From Squalus acanthias (taxonomy: Eukaryota), in NCBI GenBank assembly GCA_030390025.1, contig CM059425.1, forward strand, positions 174,656,001-174,720,000: a stretch of 64,000 nucleotides of DNA. Reading direction: 5' to 3'. A program made the translations under genes and the position numbers. Numbering within the stretch: position 1 is the first letter of the stretch; the number at the start of each line of letters is the position of its first letter. The notes beneath the pieces were generated by a model, which made no database searches, had not been told where the DNA came from, and saw only the letters and a list, made by a program, of their open reading frames with translations. Of this stretch, positions 13,250-23,592 are shown one piece after another.

Positions 13250-13860
13250 CATGGACATCACTGGAGCAGTCACCCTGCCGTTTCTTCTCCGTTCTCATCG
13301 GGGATTCTTCATCAGATTGTGGAAGGTCTTCTTATTGTGCAGGCTCCACAAGCTGTCCCCATTGCACAGCGAAGTCCTGCAGAATGCAATAAACAACCAC
13401 AATCCGGGAGACTCTCTGTGGGCTGTGCTGCAGATAGCCCTTGTTGCCAAGCAACCAGTCTCTATCTTTCTGAGCTGGGTCAAAGAGTGGGGTGATGGTG
13501 GACTGGTGCATTATGTAGGCATGGTAACAGCTGCCAGGAAAGCAGGCAGAAATCTGCATGATTCGCTGGCGGTGATCACTTACCAGCTGTAAATTGATGG
13601 AGTGATAGCCCCTCCTATTCATGAAGATTGCTGGCTCATTGGTAGGTGCTCTGCTGGCTACATGGGACCAGTCAATCGGACTGAACTTGGCGGGGAGGGG
13701 GTGGGGGGTGCAAGCCTGATACGGCAGTAAAGTCTACATCATTTAAGCCTACATCGTTTTCTTGTTGACTGCTGGCGACCATGGAAAATGTTATAAAATC
13801 ATTGGCCCTGACAAAGAGGTAATTAAGGACTGCAGACTGAGTAAGGTGACTGATGTGAGT
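13250..13860 (-). pseudogene. Decayed Harbinger DDE transposase
   Basis: IDWSHVA..AP..FMNRRGYHSINLQLVSDH..FPGSCYHAYI..WLLGNKGY; convergent with the Myb remnant. Confidence 0.85.
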
Positions 13861-14245
13861 CTTGGCAGAGTGGTACCACTTGGACCTCTGAGTCACAAGA
13901 TCACGAGTTCAAGCTGCACTCCAAAGATTTAAGCATATAATCTAGGCTGACACTTCAGTGCAGTACTGAGGGAATGCTATTTTATTCACTATTTGAAGAA
14001 AAGCAGAGGAGTTCTTCCAGTGTCCTGGCCAATATTTATTCCTCAACCATCATCATTAAAACAGAATGTCTGGTCACTTACCTCACTGCATGTTTGAGGG
14101 ACCTTTCTGCGTGCAAACTGACTGCCATGTTTCCCTACATTCCAACAGTGACTACATTTCAAAAATACTTCATTGGTTGTGAAGTGTTTTGGGATGTCCT
14201 GAGATTGTGAAATGCATAATATAAATGCAAGTCTTTCTTTTATTT
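13856..14245 (+). mobile_element. tRNA-derived Deu-type SINE with L2-like tail (SacSINE1-like)
   Basis: A box TGGCAGAGTGG (~13863), B box GAGTTCAAGC (~13905), central GTGTCCTGGCCAATATTTAT core, tail TATAAATGCAAGTCTTTC; family name from recall. Confidence 0.8.
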
Positions 14246-14340
14246 CGATAGCAAAATACTGCGGATACTGGAAATCCGAAATAACAACAGAAAACGCTGG
14301 AAAAACTCAGCAGGCCAGGCAACATCCGTGGAGAGAGAAA

Positions 14341-14380
14341 CAGAGTTAACGTTTCAGGTCGAAACCCTTCGTCGGAACTG
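14341..14380 (-). ncRNA. Minimal type I hammerhead ribozyme motif in the Penelope terminal repeat
   Basis: Minus strand CAGUU CCGACGA AGG-GUUUCGA-CCU GAAA CGUU AACUCUG: stem I AGUU/AACU, core variant CCGACGA, stem II, GAAA, palindromic ACGU in place of stem III. Confidence 0.65.
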
Positions 14381-14886
14381 AAAGAGCAGGAAATTAAACA
14401 TAAAAATGCAAGGGGGAGGCTGGGGGGGAGGAATAAAAGAACAAAAGTGGGGGGGTCTATGGTAAGTAGAGACATTAAGAGATGCTCAAGGCAAGACGAG
14501 ATGGTGATGGGACAGATTAAGAAACAAAGGGGTAGAAATTAGGTCGCGCCCCATTTGGGGCGCAAATATCGTCCGGACGCAAATATTAGCGCCTGGCGCT
14601 AATTATCGGCACTGACAGGAAACTTCACTTTTACCGCCCCGGGAGGTGAGTGGAGCGCTAAAGCAGGCGCTGCACACCTGTCTTAAGGCGCAAAGGCCAA
14701 GGAGTGAGGCGCTAACTCAGCGCGCGAGCGCAGCGCAGCTGCTGCCAGTTAGCGAGGGAACACAGACACACTGGCGCCGGACACTTCTTAAAGCGGGGGG
14801 GGCCACTTGCTCCCCAGCCACACCCTGCTCATTGCAGCCTTGAATCTCAGCCTGGAGAGACCTGTGAATCCATTTTGCTGCCAAGC

Positions 14887-16817
14887 ATGGAGAGGGTGAG
14901 AGAACGCGCTCATCGCTTCACCGAGCGGGCCTTGGCTGCTCTGGTTGGCGCAGTGGAGCGCAGACGATGTATGCTGTTCCCTGAGAGTGGCAGGAGGCCT
15001 TTGCCACGCGAGTTCAGAAGAGTGTGGAGGGAGGTGGCTCAGAGCGTCTCCTCCAGGAGCATGGTGCCCAGGACCCATACTCAATGCCGCAAAAAGTTCA
15101 ACGACCTCACTCGGGTCGTCAGGGTGAGTGGCTTTTTCTCAATACCTCTCCATCCCTCCATCTCAACCTCACTCTATGGCCAGAGGGTCTTAAAACCCCA
15201 ATGCACAACACTCATCCAACACCTATGGCCCTTTCATCAAACACACACACACATTCCACACTTTGCATACAGTAAGGGCTATTCACCTATGGGAGGCACA
15301 TCAGGCAAGACCATGGCTGTATATTGTAAGGGCTATTCACCTATGGGAGGCACATCAGGCAAGACCATGGCTGTATATTGTAAGGGCTATTCACCTATGG
15401 GAGGCACATCAGGCAAGACCATGGCTGCATATTGTAAGGGCTATTCACCTATGGGAGGCACATCAGGCAAGACCATGGTTGTATATTTACTCAGATGCTG
15501 TCCTTTTTCTTACAGGCCAAGCTGGCGCATAATCGGAGACAGCAGCAATGGACAGGTGGAGGGCGGCCTCAGCTGCAACCCCTCAGCGATCTGGAGGAGC
15601 GCGTCCACAGGATTGTGGCAAGCCGGGTGATCGGTCCCGTCGCCACTGGAGACGCCGACCCCGTTGTGGACAGCAATGGTAAGGTCATCACCTTTTTGTC
15701 CTCTGTCCTTCCACTTGTCCCTCACAACACCAGCCTTTGACACTTTCAATACAACTTGCTAACTCGCTGCACTTATTCCTCCCTTATTGCCACCCTGTCC
15801 TCACGCTAAAGCCACTCTTGTACCTCCCTGCTTTCAGATGGTGATTCACCAGCTGAGGAGACGGGCCCTGAAGCTGCCACTGGGAGTGATGCTGCAGCTG
15901 AGGAGGAAGAGGAAGCCAGAGCATCAGTGCCACCCTCTCCCGAGGAAGCCCATGCCCACACTGGGAACACGCCTTCCCCGGAGGGGAGCAGGGGGGAAGG
16001 GGCTGATGATGGTGAAGCTCCAGGACCCAGCGGGCTGCAGCAACGCCATGGGGGGGGTAGGGAAGAACGGGGGCCTTCTCCCCAGAAGGAGAGTATGCCA
16101 GACACTCCTACTGCAATGGACGCAGAGGAGGAGCGGCTGATTGCAGAAATGAACACCCAGGCGGTGGGCATGCACACTGAGCTCATGGGTGCAGTGGGAA
16201 GGGTGCCCGAATGCATTGAGTCACTGGCAAGGAGTGTGAAGTACTTCGCTGTAGCACAGGCGGATGCCACACTAACGCTTAGTGCTGCAATTCAGTCACT
16301 GGCTGCCGTGATCCCATCTCTGACTGCTCTCATACAGACTCAGATGGAGGCCACGCGAGCACAGACTGCTGCCAACCTCGATGGTTCGTGCACATGTCCC
16401 CGGGGCTGTCACCGCGCCGCAGCAGGCCAGCAATCTGTTCTCCGGCAGATTGCTCCGGATGCTGAAGTGCTGCCCCGTGGGAGTGCCAGTGTGTCGGGCG
16501 AGCAGGGAGTTGCTGTCCTCTCGCACGATGACAGCATTCCTGCTGCCAACACTGTCACTTCTCCACTGCACTTGCCACCGCCTGTAGGACAGACTGCTGC
16601 CGCCCATGCAGAGTTGGTGCAGTCTGCAGCCGGGCCCTCCAGGCCCAGAAGTGGTCGAGGCCGTCCTTCAGGGGCATCTGCAGTGTCAGGGTCTGACGAG
16701 CAGCAGCCTTCCACCAGCCTTGCTGCAGCCACTGAGGTCCCATTACGGAGGAACAGTAGGGTTAGAAGGGGGGAAGTGCGCAAGGGAAGGAGATCACCCT
16801 CGAAGGGCAAAAAGTAG
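14887..16817 (+). CDS. Harbinger Myb/SANT-like DNA-binding protein; exons 14887-15123, 15516-15678, 15838-16817; 459 aa
   Basis: RFTERALAALV..WREVAQSVSS..RTHTQCRKKFNDL trihelix; GT-AG introns in phase 0 and 1 join into an uninterrupted 1380-nt frame. Confidence 0.88.
15272..15487 (+). repeat. 4 x 54-bp minisatellite in intron 1 of the Myb gene
   Basis: Unit GTAAGGGCTATTCACCTATGGGAGGCACATCAGGCAAGACCATGGCTGTATATT starting at 15272, 15326, 15380 and 15434. Confidence 0.97.
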
Positions 16818-17111
16818 GAGGTGTGACAAAATGCTGGTCATTTTTTTATTAAAGGCCGAGGTTCATGGTCCAACTTTTGTTTAGTGTTTTGGACATTATC
16901 TCCAGGTTGTGAGAACCAGTTATGTTATTGACTGTTTTTTTGTGTTTATTTCTATGAGTTTGTCATGAGGAATTGACACACACAGAGTTTGTAAAATAAA
17001 TAAGTTTCTGTATTCAAAATATACATGGCTGGTGGTTGGAATTATTGGTGCCTTGGCCGGCTTAGGGGTTGCGTGCTGGGTTGATTAATGTTGGTAGCAA
17101 TGGCAGGGGAC

Positions 17112-18272
17112 CTAGAAGCGGCTTGCTATTAGCCGTTGACGGACGGCCCTTGCAGTTTGACCATTGTGGGCCGCCCTCCCGCCTTGGTGCTGCTGATGAT
17201 CATCGTCCTCGTCCTCTTCCTCCTCCTCCTCCTCCTCCTCTGGTGGTGCTACAAGGCCTGGTGGCATTGGCTGGGTCCTGAGGATTGCCATGTTGTGCAA
17301 CATGCAGCACACGACTACGAAGTTCGAAACTTGCTCAGGCGAGTACTGCAGGGCTCCTCCGGAATGGTCCAGACAGCGGAACCGTTGTTTCAGCACGCCG
17401 ATTGTGCGCTCAATAATGTTCCTGGTTGCTTGATGGCTTTCATTGTACCGCAGCTCAGCAGGGGGGTTTGGCGTACGGAGCGGTGTCATCAGCCAGGTGC
17501 TCAATGCGTACCCCTTGTCCCCGAGAAGCCAACCAACTGGCTGATGCGGTGCCTCGAAAACTTCTGCCACAGTAGTCTGGCACAGGATGAAAGCATCGTG
17601 GCAGCTGCCCGGATAGTGGGCATTGACAGCGAGTATCACCTGTCTGTGGTCACAGACCAACTGGACATTCAAGGAATGGAACCCCTTTCTGTTCCTGAAT
17701 TCCTCTGCATTCTCTCGCGGAGCACGCAAAGCCACATGCGTGCAGTCAATGGCGCCCTGCACCATGGGGAAGCCCGCTACCCTCGCAAAGCCCAGAGCAC
17801 GGTCACGCTGCTTGTCTGGGGTCATAGGGAAAGAGATGAACTCTCGTCTCCTTCTGAAGAGGGCATTGGTGACCTGCCGGATGCAGCGATGCACCGCGAA
17901 CTGGGAGATATTGGCGAGGTCCCCAACAGCAGCTTGGAATGAGCCAGTGGCGTAGAAGTTCAAAGCCACTGTGACCTTCACTGCCACCGACAGAGACGTC
18001 CTGGACCTCAGCTGAGGCTGCAGATCTGGCTGCAGCAGGTGGCAGAGCTCAGTGACCACCTCCTTGCTGAATCGCAGCCTTAGCAAACACAGCTCCTCGG
18101 ACATATGGATGTAGGAGAGCTGTTCACGATATACCCTGGGAGGGTAAGCTCTCCTGTACATGCGCCTGATGGCCCTCCTCCGTCTGGCCATCATTGCCAC
18201 TCTCTGTCTGCGTCTCTGTATCCTCCGATTCAGCTGGAGCAGGACGACGCCCCCAATCAGTGCAGCCCCCAT
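17112..18272 (-). CDS. Harbinger (HARBI1-family) DDE transposase, 386 aa, intact
   Basis: ATG at 18272; HTH region (ANISQFAVHRCI); catalytic GAIDCTH, LLGDKGY, IIERTIG; FRNRKGFHSLNVQ; VCCMLHN; acidic tail. Confidence 0.95.
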   Translation of the reverse strand: MGAALIGGVVLLQLNRRIQRRRQRVAMMARRRRAIRRMYRRAYPPRVYREQLSYIHMSEELCLLRLRFSKEVVTELCHLLQPDLQPQLRSRTSLSVAVKVTVALNFYATGSFQAAVGDLANISQFAVHRCIRQVTNALFRRRREFISFPMTPDKQRDRALGFARVAGFPMVQGAIDCTHVALRAPRENAEEFRNRKGFHSLNVQLVCDHRQVILAVNAHYPGSCHDAFILCQTTVAEVFEAPHQPVGWLLGDKGYALSTWLMTPLRTPNPPAELRYNESHQATRNIIERTIGVLKQRFRCLDHSGGALQYSPEQVSNFVVVCCMLHNMAILRTQPMPPGLVAPPEEEEEEEEEDEDDDHQQHQGGRAAHNGQTARAVRQRLIASRF

Positions 18273-18909
18273 ATTCTCTTTGCCAGAAAAGTAATGAGGT
18301 ACAGCAACTAAAGTAGCAACAAAGTTAGGATGAAAAGGCAAAACTACCTCACAAAGCATTGAGTCAATGTAGAAGTCTCTCTCTCTCTCTCTCCGAATCT
18401 CTTTCTCTCTCTCAGAACGAGTGGTGCATAAATGTCGACCACAGAAAAAGACAGGAAGAGGCCCCCTTTAAATAGCGCCCCCCCCCAGCCCCACACCGAT
18501 TGATAGCGTTCCAGTCTTCCGGTCGTTGGAAGCGCCAGGCGGTAAGGCAGGGGGCGCCACTCAATTTCTGCTCCGGGGCGCCCCAAGGGCGTTGCACCAT
18601 GGAATGACGTCATAATCTGCGCGTGCAGGTGGTCGCAGCGGTAAGTTTTAGCGCCGCCGCACAATCTCAAGTTAAGTTCTCGAGCGGCGCAAACATCGCT
18701 GCGCCTGGGCGTTAGCGGCTTAACGCCCCATTAGCGCCCTCTTAAGGCGCTAACGGGAGGCGCAACCAAGTGAATTTTTACCCCAAAAGGTGGTGTGAAA
18801 TGCTGGCAGAATGAGAGACAGCTACCGTGGGGGGAGAGAGAGAAAAAAAGGAAAAAGGCACGGACCAAAAGAGTGGATAAAATGTATACATATGTGGTAG
18901 GGGCCGGGG

Positions 18910-21337
18910 TTATGATCTGAAATTGTTGAACTCGATATTGAGTCCGGAAGGCTGTAAACTGCCTAAACGAAAGATGAGGTGCTGTTCCTCGAGCTTACGC
19001 TGCGCTTCCGTGGAACAATGCAAGAGGCCGAGGACGGTGAGGTCTGAGTGGGCGTGGAGGGGTGAATTAAAATGACAAGCGACCGGAAGCTCGGGGTCAC
19101 CCTTACGGATTGAACGGAGGTGTTCCGCAAAGCAGTCACCCAATCTGCGTTTGGTCTCCCCAATGTAGAGGAGACCACATCGTGAGCAGCGAATACAGTA
19201 TACTAGATTGCAAGAAGTACAAGTAAATCGCTGTTTCACCTGGAAGGGGTGTTTGGGGCCCTGGAGAGTGGGAAGGGGGGATGTATAAGGGCAGGTGTTG
19301 CATCTCCTGCGCTTGCACGGGAAGGTGCCGGGCGAGGGGGAAGGGGTGCTGGGGGTGATAGAGGAGTGGACTAGGGTGTCTCAGAGGGAGCGGTCCCTAC
19401 GGAATGCTGAAAGGGGAGGTGAGGGGAAGATACGTTTGGTGGTGGGATCACGTTGGAGGTGGCGGAAATGGCGGAGGATGATCCGCTGAATGTGGAGGCT
19501 GGTGGGGTGAAAGGTGAGGACAAGGGGAACTCTATCGTGGTTCCGGGAGGGAGGGGCCGGGGTGAGGGCAGAAGTGCGGGAGATGGAACGGACACGGTCG
19601 AGGGCCGTGTCGACCACGGTAGAGGGGAATCCTCGGTTGAGGAAAAAGGAAGACATGTCGGAAGCACTGGTATGGAAGGTGGCATCGTCGGAGCAGATGC
19701 GGCGGAGACGGAGAAACTCGGAGAAGGGAATAGAGTCCTTACAGGAGGTGGGGTGGGAGGAAGTGTAGTCCAGGTAGCTGTGGGAGTCAGTGGGCTTGTA
19801 GTGAATGTTGGTCAATAACCTATCCCCAGAGATGGAGACGGAGAAGTCGAGGAAGGGGAGGGAAGAGTCGGAGATGGACCATGTGAAGGTGAGGGAAGGG
19901 TGGAAATTGGAGGCAAAGTGAATGAAATTGTCTAGTTCGGGGCGAGAGCAGGAAACGGCACCGATACAGTCGTCAATGTACCGGAAAAAGAGGTGAGGGA
20001 GGGGACCCGAGTAGGACTGGAACAAAGAGTGTTCCACATATCCCACGAAAAGGCAGGCATAGCTAGGACCCATGCGGGTACCCATAGCAACACCTTTGAT
20101 TTGGAGGAAATGAGTGGAGTCAAAGGAGAAGTTGTTCAATGTGAGAACAAGTTCAGCCAGGCGGAGGAGGATGGCGGTGGATTGGGACTGGTTGGGCCTC
20201 TGTTCAAGGAAGAAGCGGAGCGCCCTCAGGCCATCCTGGTGGGGGATGGAGGTGTAGAGGGATTGTACGTCCATGGTGAAAAGGAGGCGGTTGGGGCCAG
20301 GAAACTGGAAACTGTTAAAGTGGCGAGGGCGTCAGAGGAATCGCGGATGTAGGTGGGAAGGGACTGGACAAGGGGAGAAAAAATAGAGTCGAGATAGGAA
20401 GAGATAAGTTCCGTGGGGCAAGAGCAGGCTGAAACGATGGGTCTACCAGGGCAGTCCTGTTTGTGGATCTTGGGAAGGAGGTAGAAGCGGGCTGTGCGGG
20501 GTTGGGGAACTATGAGGTTGGCGGCCATGGGGGGAAGATCTCCAAAGGAGATGAGGTCAGTGACAGTCTTGGACACGGTGGCTTGATGTTCGGTAGTGGG
20601 GTCATGGTCCAGGTGGAGGTAGGAGGAGGGGTCGGAGAGTTGGCGTTCAACTTCCGCTAGGTAGAGGTCGGTTCGCCAAACAACAACAGCAGCACCCTTG
20701 TCAGCAGGTTTAATGACAATGTCAGGGTTGGATCGGAGAGAATGGAGTGCTGCAAGTTCAGAGGGAGGTAGGTTGGAGTGAGAGAGGGGAGCAGAGAAAT
20801 TGAGATGGCCGATGTCACGGCGGCAGTTAGCAATGAAAAGATCTAGAGAGGGTAAGAGGCCAGAGGGAGGGGTCCAGGTGGAACGAGAATTCTGAAAGCG
20901 GGAGAAAGGGTCAGCCGTGCGGGGGGAAGACTCCTGGCCAGAGAAGTGGGCACGGAGACGGAGGCGGCGGAAAAAGAGCTCAGCATCGTGTCGAGCTCGA
21001 AATTCATTGAGGTGGGGGCGTAAGGGGATGAAGCTCAGGCCTTTGCTGAGGACTGATCGTTCGGAGTCAGAGAGGGGAAGGTCAGAGGGGATAGTGAAAA
21101 CGCGGCAGGGGGTGAGATTGGGAGAAGGGGGGTCAGAGGAAAGTGAAGGGGAAGAAGGTTCCGGAGGGGCGTTAGTGTCCAAGAGTTGTTGAAGCTTGCG
21201 ATCCTTGACATCGGAAAGGAAGAAGAAAAGTTTTTTGTCGAAGCGTCGGATGAATCTAAGGATGAAATGGAACTGTGGACCCGGACAGCTTTGAGATAGA
21301 GTGCGTCGGTGCTGCTGAAGAGAGATGTCGAGAGTGT
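18910..21337 (-). pseudogene. Penelope RT + GIY-YIG endonuclease ORF with two lesions
   Basis: KPADKG, LPKIHK, GRPIVS, DVQSLYTSIP, GVAMG, RYIDD, then NLVYCIRC..LYIGET..GLN; 1-bp frameshift near 20325 and an in-frame TGA at 19381-19383. Confidence 0.92.
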
Positions 21338-22757
21338 TCTTTCTTTTATTTGTTTGCCAATATAGCTGATAAAGACAAAGTGCAGTTTAAAGAGATCATC
21401 TTTGGTAATGTACCTCTGCCTGTTACAATTTTATTTTTGGATTGTTTTTCAATTTTATTTTGTAGTCTTCACCTGCCTCTTTCTTTACATCAATTAATTT
21501 TGACCTAAGCAGCTGGAAAAACAACACCATGTGTTTCCTTATGGCAATTCCCCTCTTTGTCATCTATCTTAAGGAAGAAGATAATGAGGCACACAGGGAG
21601 GCATGATAAATGGAAGATAATTTATTTGGTACTCTTCTCCCCCAGTTCAAACTGATTTCAATAGACAGAAAATCAGGGCTGTATACTTGCAATTTTCCAA
21701 TGTCTACTTTCTACATGAGAGGCCTTGCTGGTGATGTGGGGTCTCAGAAACTAACCCTTTTCTGATATAATCAGCATTAGTTAAGGTTTCCTTTTCAATA
21801 AACTATGTAAAACATCTCCATAATACATGCTTATTGTATCATTTTCTAATATTCCACAACCTTTAATAAAAACTGCATTATTGATGGACCCCTCAATTAT
21901 CAAGTAACGGTACAAAAAAAAATTCAGGTGGCTGTGGTGGCCTATTAGAAATTAAGTAAGGACCCTAGCTCACACTCTTCATTGGCATCTGCATTTCCCA
22001 TTTCATAAGGATGAGGGGATACTGCCAAGCATGGTAAGAATTGCCAATAATTACTTCCTGCATTGGTCAAGTATGCCTCCTGCCAAGATAATCAAGGAAA
22101 AGCACTGATCAAACCGATGGAAATATCTCTGGGCTGGAAAGTTTTGTACTAGTCCAGGCAATTTGCTGATAAAGCGAATAAAAGAAAAGGATCTCTGTCT
22201 CAACGGATCACTAATGGGTAAGGTTGGAATTAGACACTTGTCATCCTCCACACATTTCCAATTATTTTGCTCTATGTTAGGGGAAAATATAAAGGATTTG
22301 CCCTCCAAATCACAAATTCTTTACCTCTGTGCTGCCAAATGACATTGAGCTAGCATGGGACAGATCCATGTTTTTTCCGACCTTGATTTGTGCAACAGTA
22401 TTTTGCTTTTCGTTACGTTAATTTGTGTATGCGTTTTGTACATGTGCACAAGTTGTCGGTGCTCGTCCATGCGGATTCACACAGTAAAATTCTGCAAAAT
22501 GCTGGTTTCTGCAGCCTGCCACTGACATGCAGACAAGAGCTGAACATTGGCAGTTACCATGTATATCTGTTTGACCCATGAAACTTGACAGGTGGAATTG
22601 ACCCACAAAGCTAAATTTCCAGTATTGACAGTAATTGTGTGAATGACCTTAATGTGTGTGTAAATGACCCATGAAGCTTTGTTTTCACTCCTGAGTGTAC
22701 ATATGTATGACTAACTCATGAAGCTCAGGTTCTTTTCCTGAGAATGCCTGGTTCATT

Positions 22758-23468
22758 GGCCTGGATTTTGCGGTGGTAATTACCCCACTGAAACTGACTG
22801 TAACTTCAGGATTTAGTGCATGAGCAGCTAAACGCGGAAATCCTGAAGTTGCGGTCAGTCATTGCCTGCTTCGCCACAGGCTGCGTTGTGGAACTCCCCA
22901 GAGTCGGCAATCAGTGAAATCAGTTGAACTGACGAAAACGTAAGCTTTTCCGCTGTAATATCGCTGTTAAACACCCCATAAAAAGTTAAGCCTTGTTGGA
23001 ATAGGTATAACGAGGGCTTTAATGGCATATTGACTGCTGAACAATCGTTCTGGCCCTGAAAAATTAATTTTATATTAGTGGAATGTCAAATTTCTTCATT
23101 ATGAAAGAAAATTAGAGTTTTAAAATAACACATTTAAAAAAAAATTGAAGTTTGTTTCTGATATTTCACATTCTACCTTAAACCATGTGTATGTCCCAAT
23201 CTTTATTTCGCTCTGTAAAATTTTTAAAAAGTTTTATTGAATCAGTGCTTTTTATTTCCTGGTTTGCTGTCTATGAGAATTCTTCAATGTGATGGGCTGT
23301 TTAGATAGCTTGATAACATCACTGCTGCTCTACTCTAGGGATCCCTTTTGACAGTGCTACAATCAATTTATCGTTGAGAAAGCTTAAGTTTTCACCACAG
23401 AGAGCGCGTGAGATCTTTGTGGGCAGCTTTCCTCGAGGTCAGTGACAATCGCCATCGCTTTGCCGCTG
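22758..23468. mobile_element. Harbinger-type MITE (same family as 40430-42203), right end missing
   Basis: Begins GGCCTGGATTTTGC; colinear with 40430-41125; internal 21-bp inverted repeat. Confidence 0.7.
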
Positions 23469-23592
23469 TTCTGTTTCTATTCCTCAGCGTACCCTTAGTA
23501 TGAATTACCCATGCTGATCTGGTTTCATTGTTTATAATACGTGTGTATGAACAACCCAAGCCGGTTTGTTTCTATTCCTGACAGTGAGTGTA

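Larger units (their letters stand above)
14529..18784. mobile_element. Full-length PIF/Harbinger DNA transposon
   Basis: TIRs GGGGTAGAAATT (14529-14540) and AATTTTTACCCC (18773-18784), 11/12 match; 3-bp TSD AAA; two convergent genes. Confidence 0.95.
14246..21337 (-). mobile_element. Penelope-like retroelement, 5'-truncated, interrupted by Harbinger at 14529-18784
   Basis: 14-bp TSD TCTTTCTTTTATTT (14232-14245, 21338-21351); RT plus GIY-YIG ORF 21337-18910; terminal repeat sequence 14246-14380. Confidence 0.92.

Noticed and set aside
13856..13925. tRNA gene
   Set aside because: Degenerate SINE head without a full cloverleaf; the same holds for 48140-48190 and 49460-49525
15272..15487. CRISPR-like array
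   Set aside because: Contiguous tandem units with no unique spacers; eukaryotic transposon intron
17136..17942. 268-aa + strand ORF with a hydrophobic stretch
   Set aside because: Antisense shadow of the transposase; the poly-Leu is the reverse of the GAG acidic tract
17112..18272. Domesticated host gene HARBI1
   Set aside because: Intronless, bounded by TIRs and TSD, paired with a Myb gene and inserted in a retroelement, so it is a transposon
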